Below, piece after piece: positions 28,232 through 37,571 of a stretch of 64,000 nt of DNA. Source of the stretch: a virus. Its lineage: Duplodnaviria; Heunggongvirae; Uroviricota; Caudoviricetes. The DNA is taken from the IMG/VR virus record IMGVR_UViG_3300022660_000050; one strand, 5' to 3'. Made by a program: the position numbers and the translations under genes. The notes under the pieces were generated by a model, which saw only the letters and a list, made by a program, of their open reading frames with translations, searched no databases and was not told the DNA's origin. Every line of letters starts with the position of its first letter. Position 1 is the first letter of the stretch.

Positions 28232-29331
28232 TGTCTGAAAAATTACTTGAAGCTGATTTTATTTCAGTTGATATAAGATCTTTACTTAGTGGTGGTGCGC
28301 CAGCGGATGCTGCAGCCACTTCTGCTACTCCTGCTAGCTCAGCGGTGCCAAAGACACGAGTAAAAGAGGCACTACCAAGCGCTGGTGATTGGGCAGCTTG
28401 GAGTGAGCTTCTAAAAGCTAGACTGGAGAAAAATAAAACTGCTAGAAACAAAAAACCTGATTATGAAATAGAGCAGGTGTTTTTTGAAGAATTTTTTAAA
28501 GCAAACTGGGAAGCCGATATTGCTGCAAAACTAATAGATATCGGTGAACCGCTAAGAAAAATATTAAAAGTACTTGGTATTAAAGAAACAAACCAAATTC
28601 TTATCTTTATAACACTTGATTTTACAAAAGAATTACTTCGTAGTGGTAAGCTAAATATACTTACCTTTAAAGCTATTTATAATGCTGTTGCTAAAAAATT
28701 AGTTGCTGATAGTGAATTTATACAGCAAAATAATTATAATATAATTTACTGTAAAGATCTATATAACAAGTCACCAAAAGATATTGAGCAGTACTTAGAA
28801 TACCAAAGTAGCAGCAGTAGACTTGCCCTAAACAAAGATACTTATACCGCTGCTGACCAGATAGCAAATAAAAGAACGTTTTGTCATTTCGATAGTGTTG
28901 GTGAGCACGAGCCTCAAAAGTACGTAGAAAAAGTATTTAGAAAAGAAAATCCTATGCCAAGTGATGATGAAGTAGTAGCCTTTTCTATGGAAAGTGCTAA
29001 ACTTAATAGCCTTGATGTAGTTAAGCTTCTTTTAGGTAAAAACACCAAAGAAACTATTCATGTAGATACCTCTGGTGTTGCAGCTATTACTAGCAAAATA
29101 ACTTCCGTATCACATGCATATGCGGCATTATTGGCTGTTAGTATGAACTCAGATAGTACCGAGGCCAGAAAAGCTCTTGCCCTGCCCTATTTTAAAGGAC
29201 TTAATACTGAGCAGATAAACGCAGCAGTTGTTATGCTAGCTACCTCAAGTATTATTCCAAAGGGACATATACAAACGGCTGATGCTGATGCAATAGTAAA
29301 TAGTATAGTAACTAAACTAAGTAAGGTATAA
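28231..29331 (+). CDS. hypothetical structural protein
   Basis: ATG overlaps the upstream stop (TAATG). Confidence 0.45.
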   Translation: MSEKLLEADFISVDIRSLLSGGAPADAAATSATPASSAVPKTRVKEALPSAGDWAAWSELLKARLEKNKTARNKKPDYEIEQVFFEEFFKANWEADIAAKLIDIGEPLRKILKVLGIKETNQILIFITLDFTKELLRSGKLNILTFKAIYNAVAKKLVADSEFIQQNNYNIIYCKDLYNKSPKDIEQYLEYQSSSSRLALNKDTYTAADQIANKRTFCHFDSVGEHEPQKYVEKVFRKENPMPSDDEVVAFSMESAKLNSLDVVKLLLGKNTKETIHVDTSGVAAITSKITSVSHAYAALLAVSMNSDSTEARKALALPYFKGLNTEQINAAVVMLATSSIIPKGHIQTADADAIVNSIVTKLSKV

Positions 29332-29334
29332 GCT

Positions 29335-29661
29335 ATGCTATTTATCGTTAACAATAAACATTATATGTCTCAAGAACAATTGCGAACAAATACTCTACTT
29401 GATGCTTACTTTCTGATTGAAAATTATTCTCTACATGCGTCTGAAATAATTCTGGATAATTACATACAACAGCAGTATAAAACAACTTTAAAAAATATGT
29501 GTATTAAACTGCTGCTCAGCTTATCATTTTATACAGATAATGATGGAAACTTGGTGCTTTTATTTAAGGACCCTAAGTATGATACAATAGCAAGTTTGAT
29601 TACCTATGGTAATGGAGCTATCCCCGGTAGTCGAATTCTTCAAGTAGCTCTAAAATCATAA
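29335..29661 (+). CDS. hypothetical protein
   Basis: ORF with weak RBS. Confidence 0.35.
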   Translation: MLFIVNNKHYMSQEQLRTNTLLDAYFLIENYSLHASEIILDNYIQQQYKTTLKNMCIKLLLSLSFYTDNDGNLVLLFKDPKYDTIASLITYGNGAIPGSRILQVALKS

Positions 29662-29674
29662 GGAGGTACAAACT

Positions 29675-30328
29675 ATGGCAATAAACTACTATGATGAAGC
29701 GGTTACTCAAAAAATCAAAGGCTGGCTAGCTGACTCTTCTAAACTAAGAGTATTAGCACCAGATGAGTCTAATAGACTAATTCAGTTACATGCTGAAGAT
29801 ACCAATGACGAACCGCTTAAGTTACCTCTAATTGCAATATCAAGAAATAGGGATTTAGAAATAGAATCCACTATCAAACAAAATAAATCTTTTGATGGCT
29901 TAGTAATTGGGCAAGATGCTACTACTGCAGCAACTATTCATTTAAATGTTATCCCAGTAAAAACTACTTATCAGTTAGATATTTACACAAAGAAAAGAAT
30001 TGAGGCTGATGAGTATGTTAGACAATATCTATTTAAGCTTATAAATAATCCGCAAATTATTATAGAAATTCCTTATAATAATTATGTTGTAAAACATACT
30101 GCAAATCTAAGAGTACTTAATACAGTATCTGATACAAGTGATATACCATCACATCTATTTGCCGGACAGTTTTATAAGTGGACTATTCAGTTGGAGCTTC
30201 AAGATGGTTTCCTATTTAGTATACCTCAGAAGCAAAACTGGCGTATCGTAGGTATTGAAGTTACTGCTGCTGACAAAATTTCTGACCCTACAGAAGAAGA
30301 AATTTTATTTGAATGTAGCATAAAATAA
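29675..30328 (+). CDS. hypothetical structural protein (possible tail terminator or completion protein, by position)
   Basis: AAGGAGG RBS. Last gene before the sheath gene. Confidence 0.4.
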   Translation: MAINYYDEAVTQKIKGWLADSSKLRVLAPDESNRLIQLHAEDTNDEPLKLPLIAISRNRDLEIESTIKQNKSFDGLVIGQDATTAATIHLNVIPVKTTYQLDIYTKKRIEADEYVRQYLFKLINNPQIIIEIPYNNYVVKHTANLRVLNTVSDTSDIPSHLFAGQFYKWTIQLELQDGFLFSIPQKQNWRIVGIEVTAADKISDPTEEEILFECSIK

Positions 30329-30347
30329 TCTGCTAAATTATTTGAAG
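30329..30347 (+). promoter_or_regulatory. late-type promoter motif TCTGCTAAATTATTTGAAG
   Basis: Motif family member, about 78 nt upstream of the ATG at 30407. Confidence 0.45.
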
Positions 30348-30406
30348 TTGCAAAAAGAACTTTCAACAATTAAAGTTATTAAATTAAACAAGGAGATATA
30401 ATTAGT

Positions 30407-32158
30407 ATGCCTAAAATACTTATTAATGAGAAAGATAGAACTTCTCCCGGCACACCTGCTAGTTATGCCAACTATTCAGTTCTAATCGCCGGCTACAAAA
30501 ACCGCGAGCCTGTTTTAGCACCTATTTATGAAGCTGATGGTAAGACTATAAAAACACCTGCTGACGTAGTGCTTCCTGACTCTAATGGTGTTTATGAGTT
30601 TAGTTCTAGACAGGATTTTGAGGATGTTATTGGACTAACAGACATTGAAAAAGAAGTCACTATTGTAACTTCTGTAGATGCAGAAGGCAAGGAAGTTACT
30701 TCAACGAGAACAGAGTGTCATTATGGTAACAGAATGGCTGCCGAGCTTTTAAGTCTTGGATATACCATTATTTATTTACCTATTAACTCTATTGACGATA
30801 TTAGCTCTGAAGCTAACTGGGAAATCTTTAAGGATAAAGCAAGCTACGACTTCCGCTTTATTAGCCATGGCTTACTTAAGACTACCTATGAAAAAGATAC
30901 ATTTGATCCATTAAATGATCGTTTGAAAGCAATTAAAGCTGATATAGCAAAACTTGCTGAGATCATTGCTGATGTAGAGGCGTCTGATGCTTATAAAACT
31001 CTTGAAGCTAGCCTCAAAACTGCAACAGAGACTGAAAAAGTTAATATACAAGGCGATATTGCTGATCTATATGCGGATGCTTATGCTGAAGTAATTGATA
31101 AGGGTTATACTGGATTTAAGGTATCGACGGAATCTGGGAAGGCTGGAACGGCCACCTACAGCTATGCTGAGGCAGTTAACAACCTAACAGAAAACAGCGA
31201 AGGCAAAATCACTGCTTACGATACTCAGAAAGATTTCGTGGACGCTTACGACGACACAACCGTTACACCAAACGTATTCAATAAGATTAACGGTATTATT
31301 GCAAAGCTTGCTTGCTACAGAACTGATGATGCAGGTGTAGTTCTTTGTGGTGGTCGTGGTGACTGTACTGCGCTTATCGAGCTTGATAAGAACTGCTATG
31401 TTGATACTAATTCTACAGACAGACCTGAAAAGCTTATTGCTGATGGCATCAATAACATGTCTACGGTTACTAAAACTGAAGGTCCTTACTGTGCTATGAC
31501 AGTACCTAGCGTACACTACAAAATGTCCGGCGATGTTGTTGAATTCCCTGGCGCATTCCATTATCTTGCTTGCTTTATGAATGCTCTTGGTGGTGGTTTT
31601 GCTGAGTGGTATGCAGCTGCTGGTTATACTCGCGGTGTTGCTAGTTATGTAATCGACCATACTGATGTTAAACTTGGTGAAATTGCTATCAACGCTCTTG
31701 AGCCTAGAAACATTGTAGATGCTTCTGCACAGCCTAAGTTTGCTTGTAATGTAATTGCTAACTTCCGTGGTAGCTATTACCTCTGGGGTAACAGAACTGC
31801 TGCTGAGCTTGGTGCAGCTGCAGGCGGTAATGACCTTACTGCTGATGACTTCCTAAACATCAGACAGCTCTGCACCACAATTAAGAAACAGCTTTATGTT
31901 GCTTGCCGTAGATTTACATTCGATCCTAACAGTGATACTCTCTGGTTCAACTTTGTAAACGCTATTACACCTACCCTCGAAAGAATGAAAGCTGACCAGG
32001 GTGTAAGAGATTACAAGATTATCAAGGTATACACTGATAAGAAAGCAACTCTAAAAGCTAAGCTTAGAATTATTCCTATCGAAGCTGTTGAGGACTTTGA
32101 CCTTGAAATCTCTCTTGAAGATTCTTTCGGTGAAACCTCTGCTGTTGTAAATGGTTAA
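30407..32158 (+). CDS. tail sheath protein (putative)
   Basis: 583 aa ORF with highly-expressed codon bias, followed by a roughly 190 aa ORF, a chaperone and TMP. This is the canonical contractile-tail gene order. Confidence 0.5.
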   Translation: MPKILINEKDRTSPGTPASYANYSVLIAGYKNREPVLAPIYEADGKTIKTPADVVLPDSNGVYEFSSRQDFEDVIGLTDIEKEVTIVTSVDAEGKEVTSTRTECHYGNRMAAELLSLGYTIIYLPINSIDDISSEANWEIFKDKASYDFRFISHGLLKTTYEKDTFDPLNDRLKAIKADIAKLAEIIADVEASDAYKTLEASLKTATETEKVNIQGDIADLYADAYAEVIDKGYTGFKVSTESGKAGTATYSYAEAVNNLTENSEGKITAYDTQKDFVDAYDDTTVTPNVFNKINGIIAKLACYRTDDAGVVLCGGRGDCTALIELDKNCYVDTNSTDRPEKLIADGINNMSTVTKTEGPYCAMTVPSVHYKMSGDVVEFPGAFHYLACFMNALGGGFAEWYAAAGYTRGVASYVIDHTDVKLGEIAINALEPRNIVDASAQPKFACNVIANFRGSYYLWGNRTAAELGAAAGGNDLTADDFLNIRQLCTTIKKQLYVACRRFTFDPNSDTLWFNFVNAITPTLERMKADQGVRDYKIIKVYTDKKATLKAKLRIIPIEAVEDFDLEISLEDSFGETSAVVNG

Positions 32159-32178
32159 TTGAAAGGAGATTATAGAAT

Positions 32179-32760
32179 ATGTCAAATAGTTTATCTGCTA
32201 TGCATATCAGCACCAACCTCGCTAACTATGAAGCTGCCAGATCTGGCTTTTTCTCGCTAATCGTAGATGATATCGACAATATCGTTAGCGCAGCTTATAC
32301 AGGCGACCATAGCGCGGCTGCTGATAGTGATAAAATTAAAAAGGCTCAAGAAACTCTTAAGCTTAATGTAGTTAAAGCTCCTGTTCCTCACTTTGGCCTC
32401 GAGGTTCTTAAGTATAAGCGTGGTAATGACACTGTTACCTTCGCTGGTACTCCTGAATATGAGGCAGGTTCTATAACTGTTGATGACGTTGTTGGTTTGG
32501 ATACTAAGTCTATCCTAATGGCTTGGCAGGCACTTGCTTACAACGTTCATACTCGTAAGGGTGGCCGCATGAAGGACTACAAGAAAAACTGCACACTCAT
32601 TGAGTATACCCAGGACTTTGAGCAGGTTAGAAGCTGGACTCTCTACGGCTGCTGGATTAATAAAATCAGCGAGGGCGAGTTCGACAAAGAAAACGACGGC
32701 AAGAGACAGATTACTGCAGAGCTTCAATACGACCGAGCTATTATGGTAATGCCTGACTAA
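32179..32760 (+). CDS. tail tube protein (putative)
   Basis: 193 aa ORF directly after the sheath candidate. GAAAGGAG RBS. Same codon bias as the sheath candidate. Confidence 0.45.
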   Translation: MSNSLSAMHISTNLANYEAARSGFFSLIVDDIDNIVSAAYTGDHSAAADSDKIKKAQETLKLNVVKAPVPHFGLEVLKYKRGNDTVTFAGTPEYEAGSITVDDVVGLDTKSILMAWQALAYNVHTRKGGRMKDYKKNCTLIEYTQDFEQVRSWTLYGCWINKISEGEFDKENDGKRQITAELQYDRAIMVMPD

Positions 32761-32780
32761 TATATAATAAATAAAAATAA

Positions 32781-32815
32781 AAAAGAGTAGTAAGTTACTA
32801 CTCTTTTTTATTTTT
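32781..32815 (+). terminator. intrinsic terminator (AAAAGAGTAGTAAGTTACTACTCTTTTTT)
   Basis: Seen directly. Confidence 0.6.
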
Positions 32816-32832
32816 AATAAATCTATTTATTG

Positions 32833-32850
32833 TTCTGCTAAATTATATAG
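32833..32850 (+). promoter_or_regulatory. late-type promoter motif TTCTGCTAAATTATATAG
   Basis: Motif family member. Confidence 0.45.
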
Positions 32851-32889
32851 TAGTCAAAAGCTATATATCTTAGAGAAAGGACTTTTATA

Positions 32890-33054
32890 ATGGGACGTAA
32901 AAAAGTAGATAGAAGTGACAAGGTTATACAAACTTTTGAGTCATCAAAACCGCTGATTGAACGTTTAAAAGAAACTGCTAATGCCAGAGGTATTACTGTA
33001 TCAGCTCTTATAAGGTATATTTTAGAACACTACTTTGAAAATCGAGAACTATAA
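32890..33054 (+). CDS. ribbon-helix-helix (Arc/CopG-like) small protein, 54 aa. Not in the ORF track.
   Basis: MGRKKVDRSDKVIQTFESSKPLIERLKETANARGITVSALIRYILEHYFENREL has the RHH pattern. GAAAGGA RBS. Confidence 0.45.
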   Translation: MGRKKVDRSDKVIQTFESSKPLIERLKETANARGITVSALIRYILEHYFENREL

Positions 33055-33086
33055 TAATTGAATATTAAATGAAAGGACTTATTATT

Positions 33087-33851
33087 ATGGATAGACAGAC
33101 CGATTACACTATTATGGAAGGCTATGAGCTCCCTTCAAAGGGAAAAATTTATAGCGAAAATGTAAATCCTCATGTAGAGCTTCGCTCTATGACTGCAAGA
33201 GATGAGATGAAGAGACTTTCTCCTTCCAGTACTCCGCTAAAAACACTTGCAGATATCATCGAAGGATGTTGTATTGAAAAACCTGCTATTCATGTATATG
33301 ACATGAGCCTCGGTGATTATGAGTTCTTACTTCATAAGCTAAGAATTGTTACATATGGCGAAGACTACAAGGTAGCCCTTCGTTGCTCAGAGTGTGGAGA
33401 AACTATAGAAACTATTGCTAAGCTTGACCAACTTAGCGTTAAAGAGTTTGACGAGGAAGCTATAAATGCTCTTCGCGTTTTCTCTCTCCCTAAGAGTGGT
33501 CGTAGCATTACTCTTGACTTCATTTCTCCTCGCAGAGTCGAAGAAATGGAAGTAAAGGTAAAAGATATGAAGCGTAAGTACAAGACAGCTACAATTGACT
33601 TTGAAACTCTTGTAAGACTTCTTTCTAATATTGACCTTGTTGACGGTGAAAAGAAGACAGAGACTGAACTTGAAAATATTATTACCAACCTACCTGCAAT
33701 GGATTTACAGAAAATTCTAAATAACATAGACAAGCTTAATCAGCAGGTTGGCTTAGATAATGTTCTTTACCTAACTTGTCCAAAGTGTGGCGAAGAAATT
33801 ACTACCTTTTTTCGCTTCGGGCCCGAGTTTTTTAGACCCACAAACATCTAA
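33087..33851 (+). CDS. tail assembly chaperone (putative), upstream frame
   Basis: Position immediately before the tape measure gene. AAAGGA RBS before the ATG at 33087. Has paired CxxC motifs. Confidence 0.45.
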   Translation: MDRQTDYTIMEGYELPSKGKIYSENVNPHVELRSMTARDEMKRLSPSSTPLKTLADIIEGCCIEKPAIHVYDMSLGDYEFLLHKLRIVTYGEDYKVALRCSECGETIETIAKLDQLSVKEFDEEAINALRVFSLPKSGRSITLDFISPRRVEEMEVKVKDMKRKYKTATIDFETLVRLLSNIDLVDGEKKTETELENIITNLPAMDLQKILNNIDKLNQQVGLDNVLYLTCPKCGEEITTFFRFGPEFFRPTNI

Positions 33852-34047
33852 TGACGGTACACCCTATGGGCCTAAACATTATAAAGAGCTCGTTAGGGAA
33901 TGCTGGTATGTTAGCGATAATCTGCATACCAGCTATACAGATGTTTTAAACCTTGCCTATCAAGATAGAATTTATCTTATAGAATGTATAAATGAAAAAA
34001 AGGAAGCTACTGCAAGGGCCATAGAAGAGGCACGGCTTTCTAACTAA
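33787..34047 (+). CDS. candidate frameshift extension of the tail assembly chaperone (+1 frame relative to 33087..33851)
   Basis: Overlapping ORF with no ATG and no RBS. It fills the gap to the TMP start. T-rich slippery runs (CCTTTTTTC, GAGTTTTTTAG) lie in the overlap. Confidence 0.35.
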   Translation: MAKKLLPFFASGPSFLDPQTSNDGTPYGPKHYKELVRECWYVSDNLHTSYTDVLNLAYQDRIYLIECINEKKEATARAIEEARLSN

Positions 34048-34070
34048 ACTTTCTAAGGAGGGAACCATTT

Positions 34071-37000
34071 ATGGCTAATGAAGAATTAGGCAAACTATCG
34101 CCAGAACAATTACAAAGACTTGGTAATGTAATTTCTGAAGCAAAGAGCCTCACTAGCCAACAGGAGGAAATTATCGGAAGAGTCTTATCTGGTGAAGAAG
34201 ATATTGGCGAACTCCGAATTTCATATCTAGAAGAATACTTTGATATATATTCAAAGAATCTTGATATGATTGCTCGAAAATATAGCAAGCTAAACGATGC
34301 CTTTTTGTTAGCAAACGAATTACTCAATGAAAGCTTTAAATCTGCTGAAAGAGCTTCTCGAGAGCAGCAACGTCGAGAAAAAACAGAACGACCAAAAGAC
34401 AAACCTGATGGCTCTGAGAGTGCTTCAGCTACTACAACAAGCAGAACAACGCGGGCTACTAAGGCTAGCAGAGAAGAAACTCGTTTTGTAGAAGCAGCAA
34501 TGGCTCTAAGAGATGCTCTAACGGCAAGTCGTGCTAGCAGCGCAGCAAATAGTGATGAGTATGCTACTACACTAAGAGACGCCCTTAAAGCCAGCAACTT
34601 TACTGCAATAACAAGCGGTGATACACCAAGTGTAAGTAGAACCGAAGAAGTTAGTCCTGCGGCGGGGGAAGTAGCAGCTACTCGTCAAGATAATGCTTCT
34701 GCTATTAATGATATCTCTTCGGCACTTATAGAGGCACTTAGAGCAAGCCATTATACTCCAACTCCCGGTAGCGGTGGTGCTGACGCTGGAGCTGGTGACG
34801 AAGGTCGACCTCCCGTCGTGCCAGACGTTACAGTACGAACTTTCGCGGCAGAGGATGAAATTGCTGGGCTTTCTGATGCAGTAGTCGACTTGAGTGCAGT
34901 TATGGATGCGTTAAATGTACGTGAAGCAGAAATTGATGCTGCGCGTAAAGAACGTATTACTAAGCATCTGACTACGTTATTAACTTCAGCTAAGGAAGCA
35001 CATGATGCACAAGTTGCCTTAGCTCTAGCAAGGAACAAAACCGAAGAAGATTTGGAGCGCCAGAGAGTAGAATATAAAATAGCTCGTATACAAGAAGTTG
35101 TTGATGCTGAAACAAAAGCACAGCAACTAATGGATGAGATTAATACTCAACTTGACTATGCTAGAAATGCTGCTAGTAGAAGAGAACTTGGTAAGCTAAG
35201 AGCTGAACAAATTGCAGCGGAAGAAAATGCAAAGTCTTTAGAAGAAATTAAAACTGCTATGGCCGAGAGGCGACAAGCATTAGAGCTTGAGGCTATGGCC
35301 AATAATAATGGTAAGCTCAGAGCTGCTGACGCTGCGGCTATCGAAAAACAGCTTAAAGATGAATTTGATACTAAACAAAAGCATTTAGACGAGCTCACCG
35401 CTAAGCGTTTTAGAGCTGCACTAGAAGCTAAAAAGCTTGAAGAGTTTAAAGAGGCAAACCAAGAAGCTGTCGCTGCTTTTGAAAAGAAAAAAGCTATTGA
35501 CATCGTAAATGAAGAAATAAAGCTTAGAAAAAAGTATAGTGGTGAAGAGCTTGCCAAAAAACTAAAAGACCTCAAAAAACAGAAAAACGAAGAGTATGTT
35601 CTTGACGAGAAAAATCAGAAAAAGCTAGAAAAGTTGCAGCTAGAAGCTGCTAAAAAAGAAAAACGAGATTCTGTTGCTGCTACTGATAGTAAAATCGAGC
35701 ATGCAGCTTCTTTCCAGAATCTCAGTAAAGAAGATAATCTTGTTTCTAGATTTAAAGAACTAAAGAGTATAACAGACTCTGTTGATGATGAAGATAAGGG
35801 CGCAGCACAGATGGCTGTTGCTATAAAAGCAATAAGCAGTCTTATGGCTCAACTTGAGAGCAAGATAGACAGTATTGCTCAGTACCAAGGTGGAATAGAC
35901 ACACGTCTCCAAGGCTCTAACAATAAAAAGTCTATGGGCTCCTATTGGAACCAGCTTACCAAAGATATGATGAGTGTTGGCGCTGTTACGCCTTTCTTTA
36001 AACAAGAAGACTTTGCGAATAACATCAAAGAGCTCGTTAATAAAGGTATTTCTTTTGATCTTAAACAGCGTGCTTTCTTGATGACTGTTCAAGAAAAGAT
36101 TGCTAATACTTTTAATGTGGCTGATGGCACCCTACTAAGATTAATAAGAATTCAGCAAGAAGACTCTACTGCTGGTCGTCTTGGCATGGAGTCTGCTTTG
36201 AACTCTTTCTTAAATAACATGTATGAAACATCTGAGTATCTAACAGATGTTGCCGCAAGTGTACGTGGTAGCTTAGAAGAAATGGAAGCTCTTATGGGTG
36301 GAGCTGCTGCTACTGAAGTTGAGTACCAAGTTCAGAAGTGGATGGGTTCACTTTATTCAGTAGGTATGTCATCCTCTTCAGTACAGGCAATTGCTGGCGC
36401 ATTAGGCCAAATTGCTTCTGGTCAGATTGATGCTCTTACTGGAAATGGTGCAGGTAACTTACTTGTTATGGCCGCAAACAATGCGGATATTCCAATTGCG
36501 GAAATTCTTTCTGAAGGCTTGGATGCAGAAAATACAAATAAATTATTACAAGCAACTGTAAATTACTTGGCTGAAATTGCAGAATCCTCTAAGGGTAATA
36601 ACGTAGTTCAGCAGCAGCTGGCAAATGTATTTGGTGTTAAAGCTTCTGACCTAAAAGCAGCTGTTAACCTTGCTAAAGATAATACTACCGCAAATATATT
36701 TGGTGATTATAAAACATATGGTAATCTAATAAATCAGCTATACGACATGGCTGGCACGATGTTTATGCGTACAAGTATTGGTGAGATGATGACCAATATT
36801 TGGGAAAACGGTCAGTATACAATAGCTAGCAGCATGGCAAATAACCCAATCTCCTACCTAACCTACAAAATGGCAGGCTTACTTGAAGATACTACTGGCG
36901 GTATTGCTCTCCCATTCTTAAACGTAATGGGCTTTGGTGTTGACCTTGAAACTACTGTTGCGGACTTAATGCGTGTTGCTTCTGTCGGTACAGGTATTCT

Positions 37001-37559
37001 TGGAAGCATCGGTCCTATGATCTCTGGTTTATTTTCATCCTTCAGTGGACGATCTATGTTAAATAAGATGGGTATAAAGGAAGGCTCCGGCTTAACTATT
37101 ACACCTCGTGGTGAAATAAGTGGCGGTGGTCTTACCGGCGGTGGTGCACAAACTACATCTGGTTCTGCTACTGTTGGAAATGGTTCAGGCAGCGACCTCA
37201 AAGACTCAACTGTTCAAGGTGCTGAGGACGACAAAAAGAAACAAATGGTTGAGGCCAAGGAAGAAGCAGAAGACAACCAGGTAGATGTACTAAACTCTTA
37301 TGTAATAAAAATCTATGAACTACTTGATAAAGTTGCTAGTGGTAGCAGAGCTATTACCGTTAAAGTCGCTGGCTACGGCTTAACTGGTGGCGGACTTGGC
37401 TCTGGGGACACAGCTCTTGGCGGAGTTCCTGGTATAAGCAGTGATACAACTTCTAGCAGTGGACAAGTCAGTGATAAAGTAGCCACTGATGAAACTGGTA
37501 GCGTAACTCCGGGTACTGGCAGTGGAAATGTTAGCCTTGGTGGCTGGGTAATGGGATAA
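34071..37559 (+). CDS. tail tape measure protein
   Basis: 1162 aa. Long Ala/Glu/Lys-rich coiled-coil N-terminal half and Gly-rich C-terminus. AAGGAGG RBS. Follows the chaperone pair. Confidence 0.7.
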   Translation: MANEELGKLSPEQLQRLGNVISEAKSLTSQQEEIIGRVLSGEEDIGELRISYLEEYFDIYSKNLDMIARKYSKLNDAFLLANELLNESFKSAERASREQQRREKTERPKDKPDGSESASATTTSRTTRATKASREETRFVEAAMALRDALTASRASSAANSDEYATTLRDALKASNFTAITSGDTPSVSRTEEVSPAAGEVAATRQDNASAINDISSALIEALRASHYTPTPGSGGADAGAGDEGRPPVVPDVTVRTFAAEDEIAGLSDAVVDLSAVMDALNVREAEIDAARKERITKHLTTLLTSAKEAHDAQVALALARNKTEEDLERQRVEYKIARIQEVVDAETKAQQLMDEINTQLDYARNAASRRELGKLRAEQIAAEENAKSLEEIKTAMAERRQALELEAMANNNGKLRAADAAAIEKQLKDEFDTKQKHLDELTAKRFRAALEAKKLEEFKEANQEAVAAFEKKKAIDIVNEEIKLRKKYSGEELAKKLKDLKKQKNEEYVLDEKNQKKLEKLQLEAAKKEKRDSVAATDSKIEHAASFQNLSKEDNLVSRFKELKSITDSVDDEDKGAAQMAVAIKAISSLMAQLESKIDSIAQYQGGIDTRLQGSNNKKSMGSYWNQLTKDMMSVGAVTPFFKQEDFANNIKELVNKGISFDLKQRAFLMTVQEKIANTFNVADGTLLRLIRIQQEDSTAGRLGMESALNSFLNNMYETSEYLTDVAASVRGSLEEMEALMGGAAATEVEYQVQKWMGSLYSVGMSSSSVQAIAGALGQIASGQIDALTGNGAGNLLVMAANNADIPIAEILSEGLDAENTNKLLQATVNYLAEIAESSKGNNVVQQQLANVFGVKASDLKAAVNLAKDNTTANIFGDYKTYGNLINQLYDMAGTMFMRTSIGEMMTNIWENGQYTIASSMANNPISYLTYKMAGLLEDTTGGIALPFLNVMGFGVDLETTVADLMRVASVGTGILGSIGPMISGLFSSFSGRSMLNKMGIKEGSGLTITPRGEISGGGLTGGGAQTTSGSATVGNGSGSDLKDSTVQGAEDDKKKQMVEAKEEAEDNQVDVLNSYVIKIYELLDKVASGSRAITVKVAGYGLTGGGLGSGDTALGGVPGISSDTTSSSGQVSDKVATDETGSVTPGTGSGNVSLGGWVMG

Positions 37560-37571
37560 GGAGTGTACTAA

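Noticed and set aside
34040-35575. Minus-strand ORFs of 185, 95 and 139 aa within the tape-measure gene
   Set aside because: They are Ala/Ser-rich antisense frames of the Ala/Glu-rich TMP coiled-coil region.
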